Shown here: one piece after another, positions 17,949-27,300 of the stretch
Numbering within the stretch: position 1 is the first letter of the stretch
How the letters are laid out: each line of letters begins with the position of its first letter
DNA from: a virus
Lineage: Duplodnaviria > Caudoviricetes
IMG/VR virus record: IMGVR_UViG_3300000208_000001
Span: 1 to 62,425 of that record
Direction: 5' to 3' (one strand)
DNA length: 62,425 bases
Made by a program: the position numbers and the translations under genes
Notes under the pieces: model-generated
Databases searched by the model: none
What the model saw: only the letters and a program-made list of their open reading frames with translations
What the model was told of the DNA's origin: nothing

Positions 17949-20900
17949 GTGACCCTGGTGCCTGGAGAGAGCGTCAGTTTGGGTGCGGCGCACGTCCAAT
18001 TCACTGGGGATTTCGCCGCCTTCATGGATGGGATGCGCCACGTTGTGAAGGTGGCCGTCGAGACGACCACCACGATCAACCTGGCTCTGAAGACGACCGA
18101 CAAACAGGTCGAGCGTAGCAACCGGAACATTATCCGCTCTTATGCGGAACTGAACCGCGAGGTGCGCCGCCATCTTCGGGGCATCACCTCTGAACTCGTC
18201 TTCCTCCAACTCGACATTGGGCACATCGCGAACCAAATCCAGCGCATGGCCGCGATCTCCGCGGCGGCGATGGGCGGCGCGGCGGCAGCTTCGATTTCCT
18301 TCGAGGATGCCTTCGCCAACGTCCGAAAGACCGTCGACGCGTCCGAGGCCGAATTCCGCCAACTGGAGCAAGAAGTCCGGCGCATGTCCACCCAGACGAG
18401 GACGAGCGCGAACGACCTCGCCGTCATCATGGGCGTGGCGGGGCAACTGGGCATCCGCGGCGTCGAGAACCTGACGGCCTTCACGCGCACCATCGACCAG
18501 CTTACCATCGCCACAAACCTGACGGGTGAACAGGGCGCGCAGGATCTCGCCCGGTTCATGAACATCATGCAGGAGTCGGTAGGCAATGTGGACCGGCTCG
18601 GGGCGTCCATCGTCGATCTCGGCAACAACTTCGCCACCACGGAGGCCGAGATCCTGAGCATGGCGACGCGCATCGCCGGCGCGGGCAAGACGGTAGGGCT
18701 TACGACCCAGGAAGTCCTGGCGCTTGCGACGGCCATGAGCTCCGTCGGCATCCGCCCCGAGATGGGCGGCTCGGCCATCAGCCGCGTCCTGATCGAGATG
18801 GCGAACGCGGTCGAGAAGGGTGGTGCGCGCCTGCGGGAGTTCGCCCGCGTCGCCAACATGTCGGCCCGTGAATTCGCGGACGCCTTCCGAAGCGATCCGA
18901 TTCAGGCGCTCCAAGCGTTCATTAACGGCCTCGAACGCCTTGACCGGCAGGGCGAGAATGTCTTCGTCATCCTTGAGTCGGTCGGCGCGTCTGAGATCCG
19001 CGTGAGGGACACGCTACTTCGTCTTTTCCAAGCCTCGGGACTCCTAACGGACGCCGTGCGGCGTTCGAACCGGGCGTGGGAAGAGAATGTCGCGCTCACC
19101 GAAGAGGTGGCAAAGCGCAACCAAACCGCGGCATCGCAGCTTCGCATCGCCATCAACAACCTCATCGAGAACGCGCGGGTCGTGGGGGATCAGTACAACC
19201 CGGCGATCAAGCAGGCGGCTGAATTCGTCACCGCCCTGTCGCAGGCGTTTCAGAAGATGACGCCCGAACAGCAGGCCGCGGCGGCGGAGTTCGTCGCGCT
19301 CTCGACGGCCATCCTGGGCGGCATTGCGGCGGCGCTCCTTGCGACCAAGGCGTTCATAACTTTCGGGACCGGCGTGATTCTCCTCACCCGTGCCGTCGCC
19401 GCGCTCCTTTCGCCGTGGGGCCTCGCGACGGTCGCCATTGTGACCGCAGCGGTGGTCATTGCGGCGAAGTGGGACGAGATCGTGAAAATGATCTCGGAGA
19501 GCGATTTGGGTCGGGCGGCGAAGGATGCATGGGAAAGCTTCAAGGCCGTATGGACGAGCGATGAACTGACGCTCCCCGAGAAGATCATCGAGACCGTGAA
19601 GATCACGGTGAAGACAATCACGGGACTTCTTGATTCGATCATCGACCTCTGGCTCAACATGGCTATTCCTCTTGCGGAACGGGGGGCAAAAATCCTTGGC
19701 CTGAACCCTGATACGGCTTGGCTCCCATCATTTTTGAAGAAACTCGACGAAATTTGGGAGAACGAGGAACTCTCGTTTTCGGAGAGGGTCATCGAAAGCA
19801 TTAAGATCACTGTCATGTCGGTATCGGGGCTCATCGACTCCATCCGTTCTTGGTGGCTCGGCCAGACCATTGAACTCGCGCGCAAGACCGTGAAGTTCCT
19901 TGGTCTTGACCCGGACGAGAATGCGCTAGTCCAGTTTCTCGAACGGATCAAGAAGTGGTGGGACGAACACGACGTCACGCTTGACGAGAAAGATGTCGAC
20001 GCTGCCATCGACTGGTCGAAGAAGACCATCGACGAGGCCAAACAGCGTCTTGCCGAGATCGGTCAAGAATTTGCGAGGACATGGCTGGAGAGCGCCAAGA
20101 CAGGGCGGTGGTTCGACCCGTTCACGGTCATTGTCGAAAGTGCGACCGAGGGAATCGCCGGAATTCGAGCTGCTCTCGCGCCCTTGCGCCTTTTCATGCG
20201 TGCGTGGGCAGAGGGAGTTTGGGGCGAAATCGGGCTTCTGGAAGCCTTCAATCGTGGCCTCGAAGGTGAACTTGGTGATGCAGGCCAGAAAGCATTCGCC
20301 TCGATCTTCGACGACGCCGCGAGAAAAGGGCTGAATTACGTCCGGTCCCTCTTGGATTTTGGGGTCGCCATTGGCAACCTCATCATGGAGGGTATCTTCC
20401 TAGCGTTTGACTTGGTTGATTTGATCAACCAAGCGATCATTGGCGCGACCGGGAAACTGCTCGGGCCGCTGTTTGAGACAGGCGCCGAGTGGGCTGGGGC
20501 GATGGTGGATGGTTTCCGGCGGGTATGGAACGAGTTGGCGGACTGGTTCAGGAATACTTGGCTCGGCAAGGTGCTCATCAATCTCGGTGTGATTGATGCG
20601 CCTCCAACTGATGCGCTCGAAGGTGTCGGTGCTACCGTCACACCTCCTGTACCATCCATTCCCGTGGTCCAGCGTCCGCAAGGCTTGCTTACGCGCGAAG
20701 AGAGTTTGCGCTTGGTGGAAGAGGCCATCCGTGGAAGCCAAACGGTGCGAGAGCAGATTGACGATGCAACCCTCGACCTTCTTGCTCGCCTAGCACAGGC
20801 GGAAGCCGGCGTGGACGGTTTTGAAGGGATGCTGGCTGTCGCAGCAGTCGTGCTGAACCGGGTGGCATCTGAGGAATTCCCGAATAGCATTCGGGATGTC

Positions 20901-22865
20901 ATTTATCAGACCAATCAATTCGAAGCCGTCCTGCGCGGAACTATCGACGAGATGGAAGCGAGCGCGGAGGCGCTGCGCGCGGTGCGAGAGGCGCTTGCGG
21001 GCGCAGATCCTACGGGAGGGGCGTTGTACTTCCGCAATCCCGACATCGCAACGTCCTCTTGGTTTGAACTCAGGGTCCAATCGGGGGAACTGATCCCGGT
21101 CAAGCGAATTGGCGGACACGAGTTCTATGTGCCCGGCTACAGAGAGGGCGTCATCCTCCCTGGCTTCGGCGGAGGTGACCGCATCCCGGCGCTCCTGGAA
21201 CCCGGCGAGGCGGTTGTGCCTGCGCGCGTCGTGCGGGGCGGCATTGGCGACATTGTGGCATGGTTCCGCGCGATGGGCGTCCGCAAGATGCAGGCGGGAG
21301 GCATCGCGGGGATCTCGACGCTTGCTGAGGCGGAAGCGCAGATCGGCGTGGTGTCGCAGGAGATGACGCAGTTCGCGAACACGCTCCTTACGGGCATCGA
21401 GCAGATCACGCAGTCCATGTCGGCGTTCATCTTCGGCGCGGCGCAGATGATCGTGGACGTGCTGAAAGCGCTGTTCCCTGATCACGCGGAGACGCTGCAG
21501 AAGGGCCTGGATGATCTCAAGGCGTGGTGGGAGAAGAACTTCGGACCGCAGCCAAGTCAGGGACCGAGTGCGCGCCTTCTCGTTCCTGTTACGCCGCCCA
21601 TGCCTACGCCCCCGGTTCCCAAGGAACGACCGAACCTGCTCAAGGAGCTCATTGATCAATTTCTCGACCTGTATCAGGCCGTGGGCGGCAACGTGAAACT
21701 GTTCACCGAACTCTCGACGCGACTTGAGGCGACCAACCCGCTCCTCGCCGGGTTTGCCCGCGCGCTCTCAAGTGGCTTTGCGGCGGAAAAAGGCGGCTTC
21801 GGCAAGGCGTTCTCGCAAAGCCTCATGGGGTTTGCGATCGGTTCGTTTGCCGGACTGATTGTGGATCTCTTCGCGCCAAGCACCGAAGCCATCCGAGAGG
21901 CCGCCGAGCTCCAGCGAGAACTCGCGCGGGCTGCGCGGCTCGGCACGGAAGAGGATGTCCTCGGCCTGTCGCAGCAGTTCGACTTCCTCCGAAACGAGCA
22001 GGCGAACCGCACTCTTCTCGCCGACCTCATGCGCGAGCGTTCCGCGGTACAAGCCGCAATCCGAGAGGCGCAAAACCCGGCGACCTTCCTCGGCATCCCG
22101 CTTGACCGCTTCGGGCTCAACGCCCAGGCCCGCGCGGCGTTTATCGCGGCTCAGGAGACCCGGCTTGCCGACCTGAATGAGTCGATTGCCGAACTCGAAA
22201 AGGCGATCAGCGCGGCGGCTCCGGCGGCACTGGCCGACGCCCTCGGCATCGCGGCGGACAACTTCGCCTCGGCCCTTCAGAGCGCGTTCGACTCCGTCAG
22301 CTTCTCGGAATTCGAGAAGAACTTCGAGTCGAGCGTGAACGAGATCATCCGCCAAGGGATGGTCCGCGAGTTCATCGCGAACGTGATCGGCCCGCAGATC
22401 GAAGACCTCGCGGAGAAGGTGCAGCAGTCGATCCTCTCGGGCAGCAGGCCGGAGATGGAACAGATTCGCGAGGTCGTCTCGGGGATCACTGAGGATTCCA
22501 AACCCTTCTTCGACCTCCTCGAAGAGATGGGCCTGCTTGCCGAGACGACGGAGCGCGTCAACAGCGCCCTCCGCAACGTGCCCGCAGGCTTCAAAATCGC
22601 GCTCACGCGATTCACCGTCGCAACGCCTGCGCCAGTGCCGACGTTCCACGATGGCGGCGTCATGCCATACGACGGCATTGCGAACCTACGGCGCGGCGAG
22701 GTCATCCTCACGCCGGAGCAAGCGCGGTTTGGAATGGGCGGCATCGTCGTCCACGTCAACGTGCAGGGCAACGTGTACGGCGAGGTCGATCTGGAGCGCA
22801 TTGCAACTCGGGCCGTCGGCAACGCACTGCGTCAGCGGAGCATGGCCGCATACGGGGTGACTTGA
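17949..22865 (+). CDS. Tape measure protein with internal SleB/Hydrolase_2 cell-wall hydrolase domain
   Basis: TP901-type N-terminus (FEDAFANVRKTVD); LARLAQAEA...VAAVVLNRV...QFEAV...DPTGGALYF...IGGHEF at about 20770-21130. Confidence 0.92.
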   Translation: MTLVPGESVSLGAAHVQFTGDFAAFMDGMRHVVKVAVETTTTINLALKTTDKQVERSNRNIIRSYAELNREVRRHLRGITSELVFLQLDIGHIANQIQRMAAISAAAMGGAAAASISFEDAFANVRKTVDASEAEFRQLEQEVRRMSTQTRTSANDLAVIMGVAGQLGIRGVENLTAFTRTIDQLTIATNLTGEQGAQDLARFMNIMQESVGNVDRLGASIVDLGNNFATTEAEILSMATRIAGAGKTVGLTTQEVLALATAMSSVGIRPEMGGSAISRVLIEMANAVEKGGARLREFARVANMSAREFADAFRSDPIQALQAFINGLERLDRQGENVFVILESVGASEIRVRDTLLRLFQASGLLTDAVRRSNRAWEENVALTEEVAKRNQTAASQLRIAINNLIENARVVGDQYNPAIKQAAEFVTALSQAFQKMTPEQQAAAAEFVALSTAILGGIAAALLATKAFITFGTGVILLTRAVAALLSPWGLATVAIVTAAVVIAAKWDEIVKMISESDLGRAAKDAWESFKAVWTSDELTLPEKIIETVKITVKTITGLLDSIIDLWLNMAIPLAERGAKILGLNPDTAWLPSFLKKLDEIWENEELSFSERVIESIKITVMSVSGLIDSIRSWWLGQTIELARKTVKFLGLDPDENALVQFLERIKKWWDEHDVTLDEKDVDAAIDWSKKTIDEAKQRLAEIGQEFARTWLESAKTGRWFDPFTVIVESATEGIAGIRAALAPLRLFMRAWAEGVWGEIGLLEAFNRGLEGELGDAGQKAFASIFDDAARKGLNYVRSLLDFGVAIGNLIMEGIFLAFDLVDLINQAIIGATGKLLGPLFETGAEWAGAMVDGFRRVWNELADWFRNTWLGKVLINLGVIDAPPTDALEGVGATVTPPVPSIPVVQRPQGLLTREESLRLVEEAIRGSQTVREQIDDATLDLLARLAQAEAGVDGFEGMLAVAAVVLNRVASEEFPNSIRDVIYQTNQFEAVLRGTIDEMEASAEALRAVREALAGADPTGGALYFRNPDIATSSWFELRVQSGELIPVKRIGGHEFYVPGYREGVILPGFGGGDRIPALLEPGEAVVPARVVRGGIGDIVAWFRAMGVRKMQAGGIAGISTLAEAEAQIGVVSQEMTQFANTLLTGIEQITQSMSAFIFGAAQMIVDVLKALFPDHAETLQKGLDDLKAWWEKNFGPQPSQGPSARLLVPVTPPMPTPPVPKERPNLLKELIDQFLDLYQAVGGNVKLFTELSTRLEATNPLLAGFARALSSGFAAEKGGFGKAFSQSLMGFAIGSFAGLIVDLFAPSTEAIREAAELQRELARAARLGTEEDVLGLSQQFDFLRNEQANRTLLADLMRERSAVQAAIREAQNPATFLGIPLDRFGLNAQARAAFIAAQETRLADLNESIAELEKAISAAAPAALADALGIAADNFASALQSAFDSVSFSEFEKNFESSVNEIIRQGMVREFIANVIGPQIEDLAEKVQQSILSGSRPEMEQIREVVSGITEDSKPFFDLLEEMGLLAETTERVNSALRNVPAGFKIALTRFTVATPAPVPTFHDGGVMPYDGIANLRRGEVILTPEQARFGMGGIVVHVNVQGNVYGEVDLERIATRAVGNALRQRSMAAYGVT

Positions 22866-22868
22866 GAT

Positions 22869-23210
22869 ATGGCCTGGGCGACGTTCGACGGATACGAAAT
22901 CAAAGTGCGGTCGATCCGTGGCACGCGCGAGGACATTTCCGACACAGGCCGCACCGCGGGTGCTAAAGAGCGGCGCGACGCTGTGACCGTCAAGCGTGCG
23001 TGGGAGGTGGATACACCTCCCGTACCAGTGTCCGAGATCACGACCCTCGAAGCGCACCTGGATGCAATAGGATGGGGCTACGGTAACTGGTGGCATGCTC
23101 ACCTGTCTGCTCCAGTGCGCGCTAGGATCGACGCGGCAAGCTGGACAAAGATCACGGTGGAGGGCGTGCCGGACTACGTGCAGGTGTCTTTCCGCGTCAT
23201 CGAACAGTAG
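22869..23210 (+). CDS. Distal tail (Dit-like) protein
   Basis: Immediately follows the tape measure; size; ends VSFRVIEQ. Confidence 0.55.
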   Translation: MAWATFDGYEIKVRSIRGTREDISDTGRTAGAKERRDAVTVKRAWEVDTPPVPVSEITTLEAHLDAIGWGYGNWWHAHLSAPVRARIDAASWTKITVEGVPDYVQVSFRVIEQ

Positions 23211-23223
23211 GGAGGGGTGTTAT

Positions 23224-23739
23224 TTGCGGACGGTCAGCCTATATGCTTCGCGGTCCTCTCCCATCGGCAAAACAGCGTATTGGCGGGATCATTCTGTTTC
23301 TGGCGAGCGTGTTCTCGTGGGTGAGAACGCTCGCCGAGGTGCCGAGCGCGACTGGATGAAGGACCTGCTCGATGATGCCGGCCTACCAATTGTCGGCCTC
23401 GTCTGGGAGGTGAGTCGTGCAGTGGCGACCGTCCAGCGTTTCGAGATGTACGAGGGCGACTCGCTCTCGATCCTGGTGCAAGCGGGCGACATCCCGCTTG
23501 ACGGAGCAGAGATCACGTATCAGATCGACCTCCCCGGCAGAAACATCGTCAAGCGGGTTGGTGACGGAATCGTTGTGCGGCCTGACGACGGCACTTTTGA
23601 GGTCGTCTTGACCCCAGCAGACACCGATGGGCGTGCCGGAGTTTTTCGCCAGCAGGCGAGGGTCGTGGATGCTGTGGGGCAAGCATCTGTAGTGCTTGAC
23701 GGTTACGTGACGGTTAAGCGTCGAATTCGAGAGGAGTGA
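23224..23739 (+). CDS. BppU-like baseplate protein (possible second start at 23422)
   Basis: EMYEGDS...GTFEVVLTPADT; two in-frame starts each preceded by an RBS. Confidence 0.55.
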   Translation: MRTVSLYASRSSPIGKTAYWRDHSVSGERVLVGENARRGAERDWMKDLLDDAGLPIVGLVWEVSRAVATVQRFEMYEGDSLSILVQAGDIPLDGAEITYQIDLPGRNIVKRVGDGIVVRPDDGTFEVVLTPADTDGRAGVFRQQARVVDAVGQASVVLDGYVTVKRRIREE

Positions 23740-23743
23740 GACC

Positions 23744-24460
23744 ATGGCAGACATTCGCAACGATCAATACCTACACCGTCCCGGCGCAGGACGGGGGGCC
23801 GTTACGCCGACCGATCCGATGGAGGCGCGGCTCTACGACGATGATGGCAACCCGGTTAATCCGGCGACAGAGGAAACGTTGGACAATATCCTAGACGCGG
23901 TGGGAGCACCGGGCGACAGTGCTCAGACCGACCCCGCACAGAGTGCGAGTCAGATCGCGCTCCTGAAGGGCCTGCTGAGCGTGATCCTTTCCATCAAGGG
24001 CACAGACGGGATCAAGAAGATCGTCGACGCGGTGACGGTCAGCGGCCTGAGCGAACTCGCCAAGGAGACCACCCTCGGGGCCGTCAAAAGCGCGGTCGAC
24101 TCCATCGCCGGCGAAGATTTCGCGACTGAGGAGACACTCGCGGCGACCAAGGGCGTCCTGGATACGATCTCCTCCGGCGTCGCCAAAGAGACCACGCTCG
24201 GCGACGTGAAAACCGCAGTCGCGGCACTGGCGGCGTTGATCAGTGACGGTCGCCTGAAGACGGAAGCTGCACTATCGGGCAGTACAGTGGAAATCGACGG
24301 AAAGACATACCAAGTGACGAACGGCTACGTACTGCGTGGTCTGTCGACCGACAAACCCGACGCTGCAGACGCCCATGCCGCCATACCGAACTGCGTTTAC
24401 TGGTCGGTCGACACGGGTGACATTGAAGTCACGGACGGCAACCAGTGGATGGAGGTGTGA
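23744..24460 (+). CDS. Tail/fibre structural protein with A(T/K)E(E/T)TL repeats
   Basis: Four ATEETL/AKETTL motifs; tail module. Confidence 0.55.
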   Translation: MADIRNDQYLHRPGAGRGAVTPTDPMEARLYDDDGNPVNPATEETLDNILDAVGAPGDSAQTDPAQSASQIALLKGLLSVILSIKGTDGIKKIVDAVTVSGLSELAKETTLGAVKSAVDSIAGEDFATEETLAATKGVLDTISSGVAKETTLGDVKTAVAALAALISDGRLKTEAALSGSTVEIDGKTYQVTNGYVLRGLSTDKPDAADAHAAIPNCVYWSVDTGDIEVTDGNQWMEV

Positions 24461-24463
24461 GGG

Positions 24464-25942
24464 GTGGACCCCGTAACGTTTGCAAAAACCAAATCGTGGG
24501 TCAACAGCGCTGTACCTATCCGTCAGAAGCTCATTGGCCGAGCGCCGTTCCCTCTCGATATCCCCACCTATGACGGAAACCCGAACGTGACCCATCCCGA
24601 TGTTGTGTACGTTCCCGAGGGTTGGAACGGTTACAAGTATTGGATGGCGTACACGCCATACCCCGAATTCACACGTGAAAACCCATCCATTCTGTGCAGC
24701 AACGACGGGCTTCATTGGCGAGTGCCCTCGGGACTCACCAATCCGATCGCTAAGCCGGGGGATACCACCGAAAGCATACTCTCGGACCCGGATATGCTGC
24801 TGGTCAACGGTGAGATGTGGGTCTATTTCCGAGGCTACGCCGGCAACGTTCGTGAGCGCATCTACCTCACAAAATCCTCGGATGGGGTCACCTGGAGTTT
24901 CCCCACTATGGTCATCGACCAGAGTGGGGCAGGCAAAAGCGACATAACATTATCTCCAGCCGTCGTGTGGGACGAGGCACTGGAGAAGTTTGTCATGTTC
25001 ACCGTGAGTCGTGCCGCACCATCGTCGATCCAAAGGCGTGTGTCAGATGATGGTGCAGTATGGGGAGAGCCCACAAACTGCGCCGTAAGCTTCCCTGTCG
25101 GTGTGTCGCCTTGGCATATCGACGTGCAGTACGCGGACGGAAAGTACCATGCTCTCCTGAACACGCAAACCAACAACGGCATCGGCATGCGTTTGTATTA
25201 TCTCTCGTCGGATGATGGACTGACCTGGGCGATGAGTTCTCAGCCTGTCGTCTCCCTTGGCGACGACCCTGACGATTGGGATAGATCGGGACACTACCGC
25301 TCGGCGCTCACTTACCTAGAAGACGGTAAGTTCGGCATTTGGGCGTGCGGAGTCAATTCACCGGCGCCTAACGGGTATGTCTACCAAAACGGCTCACGGT
25401 GGCGCATCGGGTACGTCGAGGCAATTCTTGACGAGAATGGCGATCTTCAGGTACATTACCCGTTCGCCCATGTGGACAGCATTCAGGTTAGAGACACCCG
25501 GCTCTTTGGTAGAAGGCACAGCGAGCGCCTCTATCCAGTCGTTTTCGCATCTCATGCTGGGTCGCAGACGCTCACCGCCAATGAGTGGAACAAGATCGCC
25601 TACACCGATCGTCATGTCGACCCCGAGGGCGTCTACGACTCCGCCAACTCACAGTTCATGCCCCGAGAGGGCGGAATTTATCTCATCGAGGCCGCTACCC
25701 GGTTGGTATCGTTCACCGCTCCGCTCACTGTACGTATGATACTCCGGGTAAACGGTAATGACTACTCCGAGCTGTTCCAGGGAACAGCCACCGGTGGTAC
25801 AGAGTGGACGGTTGGCGGCGTGACACTGGCATCGCTGAACGCCGGGGATGTGGTGGAGGTTTACATTAATCCTTCAGCGCAAGTGGCGACACAAAACCAG
25901 GTGCAACACACGAAACGGTTTCGGATCGTCAAGATTCTGTAG
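24464..25942 (+). CDS. Putative receptor-binding glycoside hydrolase (beta-propeller, Asp-box) with C1q-like C-terminus
   Basis: THPDVV...WNGYKYWMAYTPY, repeated SxDGxTW Asp-boxes, C-terminal F.PREGGIYLI...LNAGDVVEVY. Confidence 0.65.
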   Translation: MDPVTFAKTKSWVNSAVPIRQKLIGRAPFPLDIPTYDGNPNVTHPDVVYVPEGWNGYKYWMAYTPYPEFTRENPSILCSNDGLHWRVPSGLTNPIAKPGDTTESILSDPDMLLVNGEMWVYFRGYAGNVRERIYLTKSSDGVTWSFPTMVIDQSGAGKSDITLSPAVVWDEALEKFVMFTVSRAAPSSIQRRVSDDGAVWGEPTNCAVSFPVGVSPWHIDVQYADGKYHALLNTQTNNGIGMRLYYLSSDDGLTWAMSSQPVVSLGDDPDDWDRSGHYRSALTYLEDGKFGIWACGVNSPAPNGYVYQNGSRWRIGYVEAILDENGDLQVHYPFAHVDSIQVRDTRLFGRRHSERLYPVVFASHAGSQTLTANEWNKIAYTDRHVDPEGVYDSANSQFMPREGGIYLIEAATRLVSFTAPLTVRMILRVNGNDYSELFQGTATGGTEWTVGGVTLASLNAGDVVEVYINPSAQVATQNQVQHTKRFRIVKIL

Positions 25943-26031
25943 TGACGCAGTAGCGCACGATAGCTTCATTTCGCGCGTAACGGGAGCCGCCCCGTCGTGG
26001 GGCGGCCTTCTCGTGTTCGGGAGGTGATCGC

Positions 26032-26751
26032 ATGGCATGGCATAGCGCAAAGCCTGCGGACAACGATTTTCTATCGGCGTCTGTTCAGCACATTCGCGAG
26101 AACTTTGCGGAGTTGGAACCTCTCCAACCCCACGTCGCGGAGCTTGTCGATCTCACGACACTGCAACCCCACGTCGCGGAGCTTGTCGATCTCACGACAC
26201 TGCATCCCCACGTCGCGGAGCTTGTCGATCTCACGGCGCTGCATCCCCACGTCGCGGAGCTTGTCGATCTCACGGCGCTGCATCCCCACGTCGCGGAGCT
26301 TGTCGATCTCACGGCGCTGCATCCGCACATTACAGAGCTTACCGACCTCACGGCTCTGCATCCGCACATCGCCGCACTTGTCTCCTCCCGCATCGTCGAA
26401 CACAACCTGGACTTGGCCGATCCGTCGAACGGCTACTACGTGCGGTGGGAGAATGGGCTGCAGGTGTGTTGGAAGACGGGATTGCTCGCGCAATACAACA
26501 ATTCCAACCGGCTCGCCACAGGGTGGGTCTTTCCCGCCGAGTTCGCTGATGCAGATTACTCGCTTTCGTTGATGCCAGTTTGGGTATCCGGCGACATGGC
26601 CACCTATTCCACTGTAGGAAGAGGTTTCTACATCGACTCAACGGCCAAGAACACCGACGGGGTTGGGATCTGGGTCCTTGTTTCGAGCGCGAACAGTGGA
26701 GATACGATCCATGTCGATGCGCTTGCAGTCGGGAGGTGGGCCGAATCGTGA
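26032..26751 (+). CDS. Tail fibre with 13-aa tandem repeats and gp53-like C-terminus
   Basis: L(Q/H)PHVAELVDLT(T/A) repeats; NGYYVRWENGLQVCW...AVGRW. Confidence 0.75.
   Translation: MAWHSAKPADNDFLSASVQHIRENFAELEPLQPHVAELVDLTTLQPHVAELVDLTTLHPHVAELVDLTALHPHVAELVDLTALHPHVAELVDLTALHPHITELTDLTALHPHIAALVSSRIVEHNLDLADPSNGYYVRWENGLQVCWKTGLLAQYNNSNRLATGWVFPAEFADADYSLSLMPVWVSGDMATYSTVGRGFYIDSTAKNTDGVGIWVLVSSANSGDTIHVDALAVGRWAES
26122..26382 (+). repeat. 39-bp tandem repeat, 6 full copies plus 1 partial
   Basis: Unit CTGCATCCCCACGTCGCGGAGCTTGTCGATCTCACGGCG, with no spacers. Confidence 0.95.
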
Positions 26752-27053
26752 TAGTGACCTACGTTCCCCAGCGCACAGATCGGTCGGTGAGGTACTCAAT
26801 CAGTGATGAGGTCGTCACGGCTACAATCGGCGGTGTAAGCGACACGTTCGATTTCTCGGAGCTCCCCGACGGCGAGGCGGCGGGCATCATCTCCACCCTC
26901 GACCCGTGCCCGGTGCTCTCGGCGCGTCGAGTGGACGGTGAGCTGCACGTGACGCTCCTGCGGACCATCGGACCACGGCCCACGGACCCCGATGAGTTGG
27001 AGGCGTGGAAATCTCTGTGGACCGACGTGGAGGAGGTGGTCTCCGGTGGCTGA
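26748..27053 (+). CDS. Tail fibre-associated protein
   Basis: Overlapping GTG start; FDFSELPDG...RVDGELHVTLL. Confidence 0.6.
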   Translation: MIVTYVPQRTDRSVRYSISDEVVTATIGGVSDTFDFSELPDGEAAGIISTLDPCPVLSARRVDGELHVTLLRTIGPRPTDPDELEAWKSLWTDVEEVVSGG

Positions 27054-27297
27054 CATTATATGGCGAACCAAAGCAGAAATCGAAGCGGAGAAAGAGGCCC
27101 GTGCGTGGGCCTCTCTTCGCACTGAGCGGGATCGGCGACTGGCCGCTACCGACTGGACCCAGCTCCCCGATGTGCCCCTCACGGCAGAGCAGCGCGCCGC
27201 GTGGCAGCAGTACCGCCAAGCCCTCCGCGACGTGCCTGAGCAACCCGGCGCGCCGTGGGACGTGGTGTGGCCGGAACCGCCCCAGAGCGAGGGATAG
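27046..27297 (+). CDS. Tail fibre assembly chaperone
   Basis: RTERDRRLAATDWTQLPD...YRQALRDVP...WP. Confidence 0.85.
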   Translation: MADIIWRTKAEIEAEKEARAWASLRTERDRRLAATDWTQLPDVPLTAEQRAAWQQYRQALRDVPEQPGAPWDVVWPEPPQSEG

Positions 27298-27300
27298 ACG

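Noticed and set aside
26122-26382. CRISPR array
   Set aside because: Units are contiguous without spacers and encode in-frame 13-aa repeats.
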